Positions 55,711-64,000 of a DNA stretch of 64,000 bases are shown here, piece after piece. The DNA comes from Acidobacteriota bacterium (GTDB taxonomy: Bacteria; Acidobacteriota; CAIWXX01), in contig JBFMAF010000023.1 of the NCBI GenBank assembly GCA_040755995.1, positions 96,001 through 160,000 on the forward strand. The letters run 5' to 3'. How positions within the stretch are numbered: the stretch's first letter is position 1; each line of letters starts with the position of its first letter. The position numbers were made by a program, and so were the translations under genes. The notes under the pieces were generated by a model. It worked only from the letters and a program-made list of their open reading frames with translations. It searched no databases and had not been told where the DNA came from.

Positions 55711-56808
55711 TCAAAACGGATGGGCACCGTGTGGTCCTATGTTGAAGGTAAGCTTGACGAAGTGGGCCCATTCTTTCTTCCCGTCGAAGCGCTTCACGTA
55801 ACGGCTCTGGAAGCTGAGAAGGCTGAACTCCGACGGCGTGAACGTGATGTACGCGAGCCCGCCTCGTTCGCTCGCCGATGCGTCGCCCGGACGCTCAGAC
55901 TGGTCGAAACGAGCGCCGGTGTGCCAGCGGCGGGAGAACTGGAAGTCCACATAGCTGAACATCCCCCAGCTCGACACGGTCGATCCGGGCTGCGTCTCCA
56001 TGCGTTCGACGAGTACTTCCGTCTGCCACATGAAAGATCGATAGATCGCCCGCCGCGGGTTCTTCCAGCGCAGAGTCACATCGGTGTTGTAGATGTTGGT
56101 GGCCTGCAGGCCCGAGGCGTCGTTCACACCGCGCACGTAGCTGAAGCCGGCGGCGATGTTGCTGCTCTCGGTGAGATCGCGGTAGGTCGATGCACGCAGC
56201 GTGTACCCGAGATCGCCGCGCTTGCCGCCGGCCACGAGCTCGCCGTCGCTCTCGTATCCGAAGCTGGGACTCTCATTGAAGTTGTTGGTGACTTCGAAAT
56301 CGAGGTTGAGATACAGAGAGGAGAGCGGGACGAGGTAGCTCGCGGAAGCGCCGATCCCGGAGAGCCCGTCCTCCCCGAGAAACTCGACCGTCGCCAGCGG
56401 GCGATCCGCGAAAACAGTTTCCGGCGGATGAGTGCGATTGAACTTGCCGATGTTGGATCTGAACTTGCCGGCCTTGATCGACAAGCCACCGGGCAGGGCC
56501 AGGAATGTGATGTACCCCTCTTCGATCGACGCTCCCTCCTCGTCCACCGCGATGAAGAAATCGCCCCGTGCATACGGGTCCACTACCGCCTGAAACCCGA
56601 GCTCGGCTTCCTTGAGCCCGAACAGCTCGGGGCTGATCGTCGAGTCGTCGCCCCAGTTGAGCCCGAGGTTTCCGATGACACTGATGTTCGGGTTCATGAG
56701 ATTGCTGCCTTGCTGCGGTGCCCCCGTCTGCGTCTCCGCAACACACGCGCAAGGAAGGCCCAGCACAAGCGAAAAGACCGGGAAAAACGTTCGAGACTGC
56801 AATTCCAT
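55711..56808 (-). CDS. Putative outer-membrane beta-barrel / porin of the metal-uptake operon
   Basis: NPNISVIG, VDPY, EEGY, C-terminal IGPHGAHPF; AAAGG SD before ATG 56808 (ORF extends to 56853). Confidence 0.7.
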   Translation of the reverse strand: MELQSRTFFPVFSLVLGLPCACVAETQTGAPQQGSNLMNPNISVIGNLGLNWGDDSTISPELFGLKEAELGFQAVVDPYARGDFFIAVDEEGASIEEGYITFLALPGGLSIKAGKFRSNIGKFNRTHPPETVFADRPLATVEFLGEDGLSGIGASASYLVPLSSLYLNLDFEVTNNFNESPSFGYESDGELVAGGKRGDLGYTLRASTYRDLTESSNIAAGFSYVRGVNDASGLQATNIYNTDVTLRWKNPRRAIYRSFMWQTEVLVERMETQPGSTVSSWGMFSYVDFQFSRRWHTGARFDQSERPGDASASERGGLAYITFTPSEFSLLSFQSRYVKRFDGKKEWAHFVKLTFNIGPHGAHPF

Positions 56809-56880
56809 TACCTTTCTATTAGACACTGATGGGAATTGTCCCCGCGCCGCCATCGGCGCTATGAAAATGAGCAGCGAAGG

Positions 56881-57237
56881 TCAGGCCGAAGGTGGAGCGC
56901 GGGAGCGAGGGGCGGCTGGCCAGAGCGGACTGTATCCATTCCCACGATCGGGGAGGAGCGGACTCGCTGCAGCGGGCGCAGGACGAATCGCGAGGGAATC
57001 ACGCGGGACGGACGGGGCGCTATGGTTCCATGCACATGTCGCGCATTCATCGTGGTGCTGATGATCGTCCGATCCGGAGAAATCCCAGTGCGTGCCTATG
57101 TCGCGCGGATGGACGTTCACGACCGTGCGACGAACGTGGCCGTGATACGCTCCGATTAGCGCGACCGCGGTGTAGAGGCACGCCAGGAGCGCAGCGGCAG
57201 TGTGCCAACGGCGTCGCCTGGAATGCTCAGTCACCAC
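56881..57237 (-). CDS. DUF2946-like His/CxxC leader protein ending in RAPP
   Basis: RR + hydrophobic segment, HGH, HQHHDECATC, Pro/Ala linker, ...RSRAPPSA*. Confidence 0.75.
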   Translation of the reverse strand: MVTEHSRRRRWHTAAALLACLYTAVALIGAYHGHVRRTVVNVHPRDIGTHWDFSGSDDHQHHDECATCAWNHSAPSVPRDSLAIRPAPAAASPLLPDRGNGYSPLWPAAPRSRAPPSA

Positions 57238-57246
57238 GAGCGACGG

Positions 57247-57275
57247 ATTATAGGGCCAGCCCGTCGGTCTGTCAA
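57247..57275 (-). promoter_or_regulatory. Perfect consensus sigma70 promoter
   Basis: TTGACA (57275-57270), 17 bp, TATAAT (57252-57247); GTG at 57237. Confidence 0.8.
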
Positions 57276-57616
57276 CGAGCCCGGGCCGCCCGGCCGCCCG
57301 GCCGCTCACATCCAGGCTTGCAGCTCTTCGCGTCTCGGGGACGCACTGGTTTGACAGGAAGGCGGTGCCGGTCGCCCGGCCCCGCCCCCTGTTTCTCATA
57401 CCCTTGGGTGCCACTAAGAATCATAACGGCCGCCGATCGAGTAGTCAATCCTTCCCGCAATCCATTCTACCCGGCGCTCGGGCGGCAGGAAGGCTGGGCG
57501 GACAATCATCGTCGCAGCCCTGATCGACGAGCTCCTTGACACAGGCGGCAGTCGCGATGCTAAGATGTCGGCCAGAAGCCGGAGGGCGAGCTACTCAATC
57601 GAGCGAGGAGGTCAAG

Positions 57617-58909
57617 ATGCGGGCATTCATTCCATTCGTTATCCTGTGCCTGGCCGCCGGGTTCCTTGCCGCGGCAGAGAACCCATGCGTCGTCTGCCAC
57701 GAGAAAGAAAAAGTGGCGCGGGCGGCGCTAAGGGATTGGAAGACGTCGAAACACGCGGCCCAAGGGATCGCGTGTGATACGTGCCACCTCACGGGAGACC
57801 AGAAGGCGGCAACCTCGAAGTGCCCGACGTTGGGTGTCAGCAGGTCGGTGTCGGCGACGGCGTGCGCGGCTTGCCACGAGCAGCAGGCCACGCAGTTCGC
57901 CAACGGCAAGCACGCTCTCGCGTGGGTTGCGATGAACGCCATGCCCACCACGGGAACGCAGCCCGTCGAGATCCGTGAAGGACTGAAGGGATGCGGCGGC
58001 TGCCACCGGATCGGCCTCGATGGCGGCAAGTGCGACTCCTGCCACACACGCCACCGGTTTGCCGCCGCCGAGGCGCGACGCGCCGAGGCCTGCCGCACCT
58101 GCCACATGGGCTTCGATCACCCCCAATGGGAGATGTACTCCACCTCGAAGCACGGCTCGATCTACGAGCTCGAGAGCAGCAACACCGACTGGGAGAAGCC
58201 GCTTTCAACTCTGTATGACGGCTCCACCACACCGGGACCCGATCATCCGCGAGCCCCCGTGTGCGCGTCGTGCCACATGCCCGAAGGCGACCACGGTGTC
58301 GTGACGGCCTGGGGGTTCCTCGCGGTGCGCCTCCCCGAGGACGACGCGGAATGGATGAAAGACCGCGCAACCATCCTTCAAGGACTGGGGGTGCTGGATG
58401 ACAAGGGCAACCCGACAGACCGCTTCAACGTCGTGCAGGCGGGGAAAGTGGCGCGACTGACCAAGGAGGACTTCGCCGCCGCCCGGAACGAGATGATCGC
58501 GGCGTGCACAAGGTGCCACACGAAATCGTGGGCCGAGACCGAGATGGCGAAAGGAGACAAGGTGGTCCGAGACTCGGATGCGCTCATGGCCGCGGCCGTG
58601 AGAGAGGTCGATGAGCTGTACAAAGAGGGCATTCTGAAACGCCCGGCCGACGTGCCCTTCAGCGTCGATCTGCTGAGGTTCTACGAGAACCGCTCGCCCA
58701 TCGAGCAGAAGCTCTGGACGATGTTCCTCGAGCACCGCATGCGCGCGTTCCAGGGGGCGTTCCACATGAACCCGGACTACCAGCACTGGTACGGGTGGGC
58801 CGAGCTCAAGCGCGATTTGTACGAGATAAAGGACGAGGCCGCCTCGATGAGGCGCGCGCATACGATCGAGTCGGTCCTGGAAACAGGCGGGGAGGAACCG
58901 AAGAAATAG
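57617..58909 (+). CDS. Octaheme c-type cytochrome, hydroxylamine oxidoreductase-like family
   Basis: Signal peptide; 8 CxxCH motifs; CHMGFDHPQWEMYSTSKHG; HMNPDY; AGGAGG SD. Confidence 0.88.
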   Translation: MRAFIPFVILCLAAGFLAAAENPCVVCHEKEKVARAALRDWKTSKHAAQGIACDTCHLTGDQKAATSKCPTLGVSRSVSATACAACHEQQATQFANGKHALAWVAMNAMPTTGTQPVEIREGLKGCGGCHRIGLDGGKCDSCHTRHRFAAAEARRAEACRTCHMGFDHPQWEMYSTSKHGSIYELESSNTDWEKPLSTLYDGSTTPGPDHPRAPVCASCHMPEGDHGVVTAWGFLAVRLPEDDAEWMKDRATILQGLGVLDDKGNPTDRFNVVQAGKVARLTKEDFAAARNEMIAACTRCHTKSWAETEMAKGDKVVRDSDALMAAAVREVDELYKEGILKRPADVPFSVDLLRFYENRSPIEQKLWTMFLEHRMRAFQGAFHMNPDYQHWYGWAELKRDLYEIKDEAASMRRAHTIESVLETGGEEPKK

Positions 58910-58925
58910 CGCCCGTATCAATCGC

Positions 58926-59822
58926 TCATTTCTGCGAATGACGGCGCCGGACGTCAAGCAGGAGCGATTCCGCTTGCTTCTGCCGCGGCCCTGGCTGCGA
59001 CGCCAGCCGGCTCAGATGCGCGACGGCCCTCGCCTGCTGATTGCCTTTGAGCAGAGCCAACGCCAGGTACCATCGAGTGTCGAAATCAGACTGAGGCGCA
59101 CTCAGAGAGAGCGCCCGTTCCAACACCGGTATGGCCGATGAGACCTTGCCCTCAAGAAGGAGAGAGACGCCGAGGTAATAGCCGGCGCGCGAGTCACGTG
59201 GATTGAGCTCAAGAAAGCGCGTGAGGTTCCGAGCTGCCGCAGCGTAGTCATCCGTCAGATAGGGCTCCATTGCCTTGTCGAGCTCGCGAGCACTCTTGTC
59301 GGTCGTGGGTCCCCCATCTCGCCAGATCAGCTCGTCTTCCGGACTGGTCGAAGGGGCGTACGGAGCCTTCGCCACCGCCATGTCCCGCCAGGGATTGGCC
59401 GCTTCCACAGGTGTCGTAGTTACGTGCGGCACTTGCGCCTGCTGTTCCGGGGTGCCAGCGGGCGGCCTGGCCGGCCATACCCAGAGGATGGTCGCGGACG
59501 CGACGATCACTGCAGCCGCGGCCGCAAAGATAGCAGGCCGGAACGCCCATCGAACCGCGCGAGACAGCGGAATCGGCTCCCGTTTCACCGCGCGACCATC
59601 TCCAACCATCAGCTCAACAAACTCCCGCGCGTCGCGTGCGGCATCGAGGCACCGACGGCACTGGACCAGGTGCGAGCGCACTCGCCCGCTCCGTGTCTCA
59701 TCCAAACGTCCCAGGTAGAATTCGGCCAGCGTCTCTGCGGACGGGCACGAATCGACAACACTCGCGGAGTGAGCAGCGATCGCCGCTGCAACGTATTCGC
59801 GCATTGCCGGCGGACGGCTCAC
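58926..59822 (-). CDS. Zinc-finger (HxxxCxxC) anti-sigma factor with TM helix and C-terminal TPR
   Basis: CPSAETLAEF, HLVQCRRC, TM helix, YYLGVSLL, WYLALALL; GTG overlaps the sigma stop. Confidence 0.8.
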   Translation of the reverse strand: MSRPPAMREYVAAAIAAHSASVVDSCPSAETLAEFYLGRLDETRSGRVRSHLVQCRRCLDAARDAREFVELMVGDGRAVKREPIPLSRAVRWAFRPAIFAAAAAVIVASATILWVWPARPPAGTPEQQAQVPHVTTTPVEAANPWRDMAVAKAPYAPSTSPEDELIWRDGGPTTDKSARELDKAMEPYLTDDYAAAARNLTRFLELNPRDSRAGYYLGVSLLLEGKVSSAIPVLERALSLSAPQSDFDTRWYLALALLKGNQQARAVAHLSRLASQPGPRQKQAESLLLDVRRRHSQK

Positions 59823-60433
59823 AGCTCCCCCTCGGGCTGATAGCTCAGAACCCTGCGCAGGCTCTTCTTGGCTTGCGCCAGATGATTTCTCACCGTGTGC
59901 GCGCTCAGGCGCAGTGTAGCCGCGATTTCGTCGTATGACATCTCCTCCTTCACCCGCAGGACCACGCACTGCCGCTGCTGATCGGGAAGCTCCTCGATGG
60001 CTCTCCACAGTGGTTCCAGAAGGTCCTTCGCCAGCGCATCGGCGTCGGGCGAAGGACGAGTGTCTGCCAGCCTCTCCACGCAATCACCTCCGTCCCCAGC
60101 CGCCTCGACTCCTCCCGCTCGCGCGTGTGCGGTCATCCGCACGTTTCTTGCGATCGTGAACAGCCACGGCAGAAACCTATCTTCCTGCTCGAGTTGCCTC
60201 ACACCGAGATAGACCCGCGAGAGCGTCGTTTGTACTAGGTCCTCGGCATCCTCCATCGCGCTTCCATGCCGGCGAAAATACTGCAGCAGCCTCGGGCGCA
60301 ATCGTTGGTCAATCTCGCGGAAACACGATTCGGCGTCGACACCTGCGCGCGCCTTGCGCACAGCCTCCGCCAGGCCCTCATCCACAGACAGGTCTGCCCT
60401 GGAATGCTGTTCAGTCGACCGCTTCTCGTCCAT
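59819..60433 (-). CDS. ECF RNA polymerase sigma factor
   Basis: DAEDLVQ, FLPWLFTIARN, LPDQQR, MSYDEIA, TVRNHL. Confidence 0.92.
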   Translation of the reverse strand: MDEKRSTEQHSRADLSVDEGLAEAVRKARAGVDAESCFREIDQRLRPRLLQYFRRHGSAMEDAEDLVQTTLSRVYLGVRQLEQEDRFLPWLFTIARNVRMTAHARAGGVEAAGDGGDCVERLADTRPSPDADALAKDLLEPLWRAIEELPDQQRQCVVLRVKEEMSYDEIAATLRLSAHTVRNHLAQAKKSLRRVLSYQPEGEL

Positions 60434-60548
60434 GACGCGAGTGGACCTTTCTTCTCGCGGGATGCCCACACGACTTATATGCGGATGCCGCGCAAAACAC
60501 AAGAGCTGGCGATGTCGAGGCGCGGCCTCTGACCGACCAGTTCCTGAC

Positions 60549-60599
60549 GTACCTGTACCCGTGCCCGGTCGGGGCCGCAATCGGGAACGGGTACGGGAA
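60549..60599. repeat. Hexamer-arm hairpin
   Basis: GTACCT GTACCC GTGCCC, loop, CGGGAA CGGGTA CGGGAA. Confidence 0.55.
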
Positions 60600-60664
60600 G
60601 GAAGGCATGAGTCGCGGGATCGACCTATTGGCCGGTGCGTTTCGCCACCGGCGACGCCGAAGGA

Positions 60665-61627
60665 CTACCCCTTGCGCGAGCGGGGGTGGGCCTGGGAGTA
60701 GATCTGGAGCAGCCGCCCGAAGTCCAGGTGCGTATATTTCTCGGTGGTCGAGAGGTGCTTGTGGCCGAGCATCTCCTGGATGCTTCTCAGATCGGCCCCT
60801 CGCGAGAGCACGTGGGTCGCGAACGAATGACGCATCGAGTGCGGTGTGCAGTCGGTGCGGCCAATGGCGCCCGTGTACTTTTTGAAGAGCCGCTCGACGC
60901 TGCGCGAGCGAATCCGCCCGCCCTTGTAGTTCAGGAACACCGGATCGGCTTCGGATCTCTCGCGCGGCAATACGCGCTCGCGTTCGCGGAGGTAGGCGAG
61001 CAGCGCGAGGCGCGCCTTGTCGCCGAACGGCACAAGCCTCTCCTTCTTGCCCTTGCCCCGGATTCGGACGACCTGATCGCGCAGCGAGACATCGTCCACG
61101 TTGAGTCCGACGAGCTCGGAGACGCGCGCCCCGGTCGCGTACAGCATCTCCCACATCGCACGATCTCGCAGATTGATTAGTCCCTTTCTCACCGCGCTCC
61201 GCGGCGACTCGACCCCCGCCGGTGGAGTGGTCGCAAGGCCGTCCAGCATCGCCGACGCCTCGGCCTCGCTCAGCACCTTCGGCAGCGTCCTGCCCTTCTT
61301 GATGGCGCGCAGAGCGCGCGCCGGATTCCTCCGGACCTGGCCGGTCAGCAGCAAGAACTTGTAGAATGCGCGGAGGCTCGCCAGCTTCCGTTCGATCGTG
61401 GGCCTCGACATGCCGCGTTCCGCGAGCGATGCGAGGTACTGGCGGATGTGGACTGATTCGACCTGGCCCGGGAAGAGCCCCGCCCGGCCTCGTGATTCCA
61501 GGCTCCGCACGAACTGCGACAGATCGCGCGAATACGCGTCGACAGTGTGTTCCGACGCGTTTCGCTCGTAGCGAAGATGCTTGAGGAATGAGGCGACGCC
61601 AGGCGGCCTTGGATTGCCCACCCTCAT
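60665..61627 (-). CDS. xerC: Tyrosine recombinase XerC
   Basis: RNASEHTVDAYSRDL, RDRAMWEMLYATGARVSEL, GKGKKER, HSMRHSFATH, LGH..LSTT..YTH; next to trmFO. Confidence 0.88.
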   Translation of the reverse strand: MRVGNPRPPGVASFLKHLRYERNASEHTVDAYSRDLSQFVRSLESRGRAGLFPGQVESVHIRQYLASLAERGMSRPTIERKLASLRAFYKFLLLTGQVRRNPARALRAIKKGRTLPKVLSEAEASAMLDGLATTPPAGVESPRSAVRKGLINLRDRAMWEMLYATGARVSELVGLNVDDVSLRDQVVRIRGKGKKERLVPFGDKARLALLAYLRERERVLPRERSEADPVFLNYKGGRIRSRSVERLFKKYTGAIGRTDCTPHSMRHSFATHVLSRGADLRSIQEMLGHKHLSTTEKYTHLDFGRLLQIYSQAHPRSRKG

Positions 61628-61793
61628 CTCCCGCGACGCGCCGGCGACGAACGATCACGGCGTCGGACCGCAGTCATCCGGGATCCGGAGGCATCGCCTG
61701 CGCATTCACCTCTACGATCACGATCTACGACCAGAGTAGTATGGAGTCTGCCGGTGGTGTGAATGCGGCCCAGGATTGCCGAGGAATCCGCGG

Positions 61794-63125
61794 TCACGGT
61801 CTCCCCTGCCTGGTCGCCGGCTGCAGCCGGTTTTCATGGATCCAGCGGGCCAGGTCTTGCCTGGCCCGTTCGACCAGTGCCGCGCGCCGCCCGTCGCGAT
61901 TGCGGATCTGCCTGGCAAGAGGATCGAGCAATCCGAATGAGAAATTGATCGGCTGGTAGTTCTTCCAGTCGGCGCTGGAGATGTAGCGGCCGAGAGCCCC
62001 GAGCGCGGTGGTGGGCGGGGGCGGAGTGATGTTGTGCCCGTCGAGCGCGGCGGCGAGGCGTGTGGCTGCGACAACCGCGGATGCGACGCACTCCACGTAG
62101 CCTTCGACCCCCGCCAACGTGCCGATAATGAAGAGCGCCGCCTTGCGGCGCGTTTCGAAGAAAGGGTCGAGCAGGGCGGGCGAGTTGATGTAGGTGTTTC
62201 TGTGGACGCGGCCGTGGCGCACGAACTCGGCCCGCTCCAGTCCCGGTATCATCCCAAAGATGCGGCGCTGTTCGCCCCACTTCAGCCGCGTCTGGAATCC
62301 GACGAGGTTGTAGTGATCGGCGGCCAGATCATCCTGCCTGAGCTGCACGACGGCGTACGGCCGTTCGCCTGTTCTTGGATCGATCAGGCCGACCGGTTTC
62401 ATCGGGCCGAAGCGCATGGTGTCTTCGCCGCGGGCGGCGAGCTCTTCGATCGGCAGGCAGCCCTCGAAGTAGGGGATCTTGTCGAACTCGTGGACTTCCG
62501 CCTTCTGTCCCTGGAGCAGCGCTTCTCGAAAGGGCAGATACTGGTCGCGGTTCATCGGGCAGTTGAGATAGTCGCTTCCTCTGTCGTATCTGGAGGCCCT
62601 GAACACGCGGGCGATGTCGATCGATTCGGCGAGAACGATTGGGGAGCTTGCGTCGTAGAACGACAGGTTCTGTTTCCCGGTGAGGTCTTGAAGGGCGGCG
62701 GCGAGGCGGTCGGAGGTCAGCGGGCCCGAGGCGATGATCGCGGGCGGGTCCGGCACGGCGGTGACCTCTTCGTTCACGATCTCGACTAGATCCATGGAGC
62801 CGACAGCCTCGGTAACGCCAAGGCTGAACCCCCGCCTATCCACTGCAAGCGCTTTGCCCGCCGGAATGCGGACGGAGTCGGCGATGCGCAGCAGGAGCGA
62901 TCCCAAGGAACGGATCTCCTCCTTGAGCAGCGCCGCCGCCGTGCCGGGCTCGTCGCTTCCGAGAGAGTTGCTGCAGACGATCTCTGCGAAGTCGGCGGTG
63001 GTGTGGGCTTGAGTCATCGTTCGCGGCCGCATCTCGCACAGGCGCACGGGGATTTGTCTGGATGCGAGCTGGTAGGCCGCCTCGCTGCCCGCGAGCCCGG
63101 CGCCGACGATGGTTACACGCGCCAT
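61794..63125 (-). CDS. trmFO: Methylenetetrahydrofolate-tRNA-(uracil-54)-methyltransferase TrmFO
   Basis: GAGLAGSEAA, VCSNSL, GPMKPVGL, VGFQTRL, HRNTY, GVEGYVE. Confidence 0.96.
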   Translation of the reverse strand: MARVTIVGAGLAGSEAAYQLASRQIPVRLCEMRPRTMTQAHTTADFAEIVCSNSLGSDEPGTAAALLKEEIRSLGSLLLRIADSVRIPAGKALAVDRRGFSLGVTEAVGSMDLVEIVNEEVTAVPDPPAIIASGPLTSDRLAAALQDLTGKQNLSFYDASSPIVLAESIDIARVFRASRYDRGSDYLNCPMNRDQYLPFREALLQGQKAEVHEFDKIPYFEGCLPIEELAARGEDTMRFGPMKPVGLIDPRTGERPYAVVQLRQDDLAADHYNLVGFQTRLKWGEQRRIFGMIPGLERAEFVRHGRVHRNTYINSPALLDPFFETRRKAALFIIGTLAGVEGYVECVASAVVAATRLAAALDGHNITPPPPTTALGALGRYISSADWKNYQPINFSFGLLDPLARQIRNRDGRRAALVERARQDLARWIHENRLQPATRQGRP

Positions 63126-63774
63126 TACGGGATTATTTTACGCCTGCTTAGAAGCCTGTAGACCTACTGCGTGAGCACGCTCACAATAATTGAGGGATAG
63201 AGCCATCATTTTGGTCACGGTAAATGCGGGGCGGGCACCTGTGGCCATCAGTTTTCGTGCACGCGGAATTGTTTGCCCTCTCAAGGAGTTGAGATGCCGC
63301 GCCAGGTGCCATCCTGGCACCGATCTTGCCCTTCTCGCGGCATCTTCATCTCTAGCCAGTGATTTTCATACGAGGCCCCCTCAAATGCCGTGGAATCGGG
63401 TTCATCAGATATCGCGACCATGCTCACTATGCGCATGAGCACGGTAACTGATGAACTCCTGATCTCGGCATTTGACGGCTCACCAATGAAGTCCGTGATT
63501 CCCCAGGCGTTTCCCATTTCCGTTTCCCTGCACAGGCGGCTTTCAATCTCGGGAAACACGGGTTAGAGATGAGATTTCGATCGCTTCGTGCTCGATTGAA
63601 AGATGGGATTTCCTGCAAGGATTACGCTTCGATCTCTTGAAGTCAGCAATAGAGGCAGTCTTGAGCCAGATCTTGATCACGATCAATGGAGGCGTCCTAT
63701 CGACCATCGAATAGCTCGAACACTGCACGAAATCCACAGCATACGCTTCGACCCATCATCTACCGCGATCCGGA

Positions 63775-63985
63775 AGAGCGTTTCCCTCCATCATCGTGCA
63801 CACTCTCGCCGGGGCGTGTCGAGCCGTTGAGCGATCTCATCGTTCCCCAATCCTCTGGATGCATAGAGGACGATGCGAGCTCGAACAACGTCACGATACA
63901 GTGACGTATACTTACGACTGATCGCGTCCAGCCGCCCACGGACTTCCGATGAGAGTACAATCCGATAAGGGCTTTTTCTAGGCAT
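63775..63985 (-). pseudogene. IS630-like transposase N-terminal HTH fragment
   Basis: MPRKSPYRIVLS...VVRARIVLYASRGLGNDEIAQRLD followed by a premature stop; GGAGG SD; no DDE domain seen. Confidence 0.7.
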
Positions 63986-64000
63986 TCTAGCCTCCGAATC

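Noticed and set aside
60665..61627. Integron integrase serving the cassette array
   Set aside because: Length, motifs and trmFO linkage fit housekeeping XerC; no IntI-specific insertion is evident
77..63012. Numerous long antisense or alternate-frame ORFs (e.g. 5778-6899, 17103-18194, 30581-31774, 39632-40984, 55720-56829)
   Set aside because: They shadow well-supported genes, lack motifs and are expected at this GC content

Overview
This is a GC-rich bacterial chromosomal window with five parts. (1) 0.1-23.8 kb: a minus-strand surface-polysaccharide operon with neuA/neuC/neuB, an AsnB-like amidotransferase, five GT4 glycosyltransferases plus two other candidate transferases, a flippase, a Wzy/O-antigen-ligase-like protein, a deacetylase, a GNAT, a CapK-like ligase and three SAM methyltransferases. 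(2) 23.8-34 kb: remnants of a wbpA/wbpD/wbpB-type pathway, interleaved with small cassettes separated by hairpins whose arms are degenerate heptamer tandem repeats (GACGGAA-like). The cassettes include one full Rpn nuclease with an internal SD+ATG, three orphan Rpn C-terminal tails, broken four-helix-bundle genes, broken and intact toxin-antitoxin pairs, and promoter-only segments. (3) 34-46.6 kb: export and regulatory genes (Wza-like, CpsB/CapC, ligase, TPR), FprA, MscS-cNMP, and an AAA-ATPase gene between direct repeats. (4) 46.7-53.6 kb: a ~6.9 kb integrase element in tRNA-Val(TAC) with 49-bp att repeats, an HTH/primase-polymerase fusion with iterons, and a stand-alone ERCC4 nuclease. (5) 53.7-64 kb: a metal-uptake operon led by a His/CxxC/RAPP leader ORF, an octaheme HAO-like cytochrome, an ECF sigma/anti-sigma pair, xerC, trmFO and an IS630-like fragment. 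The best candidate for an undescribed system is the heptamer-hairpin-delimited cassette array carrying the orphan Rpn tails. All calls are from reading motifs by eye; no database searches were run.
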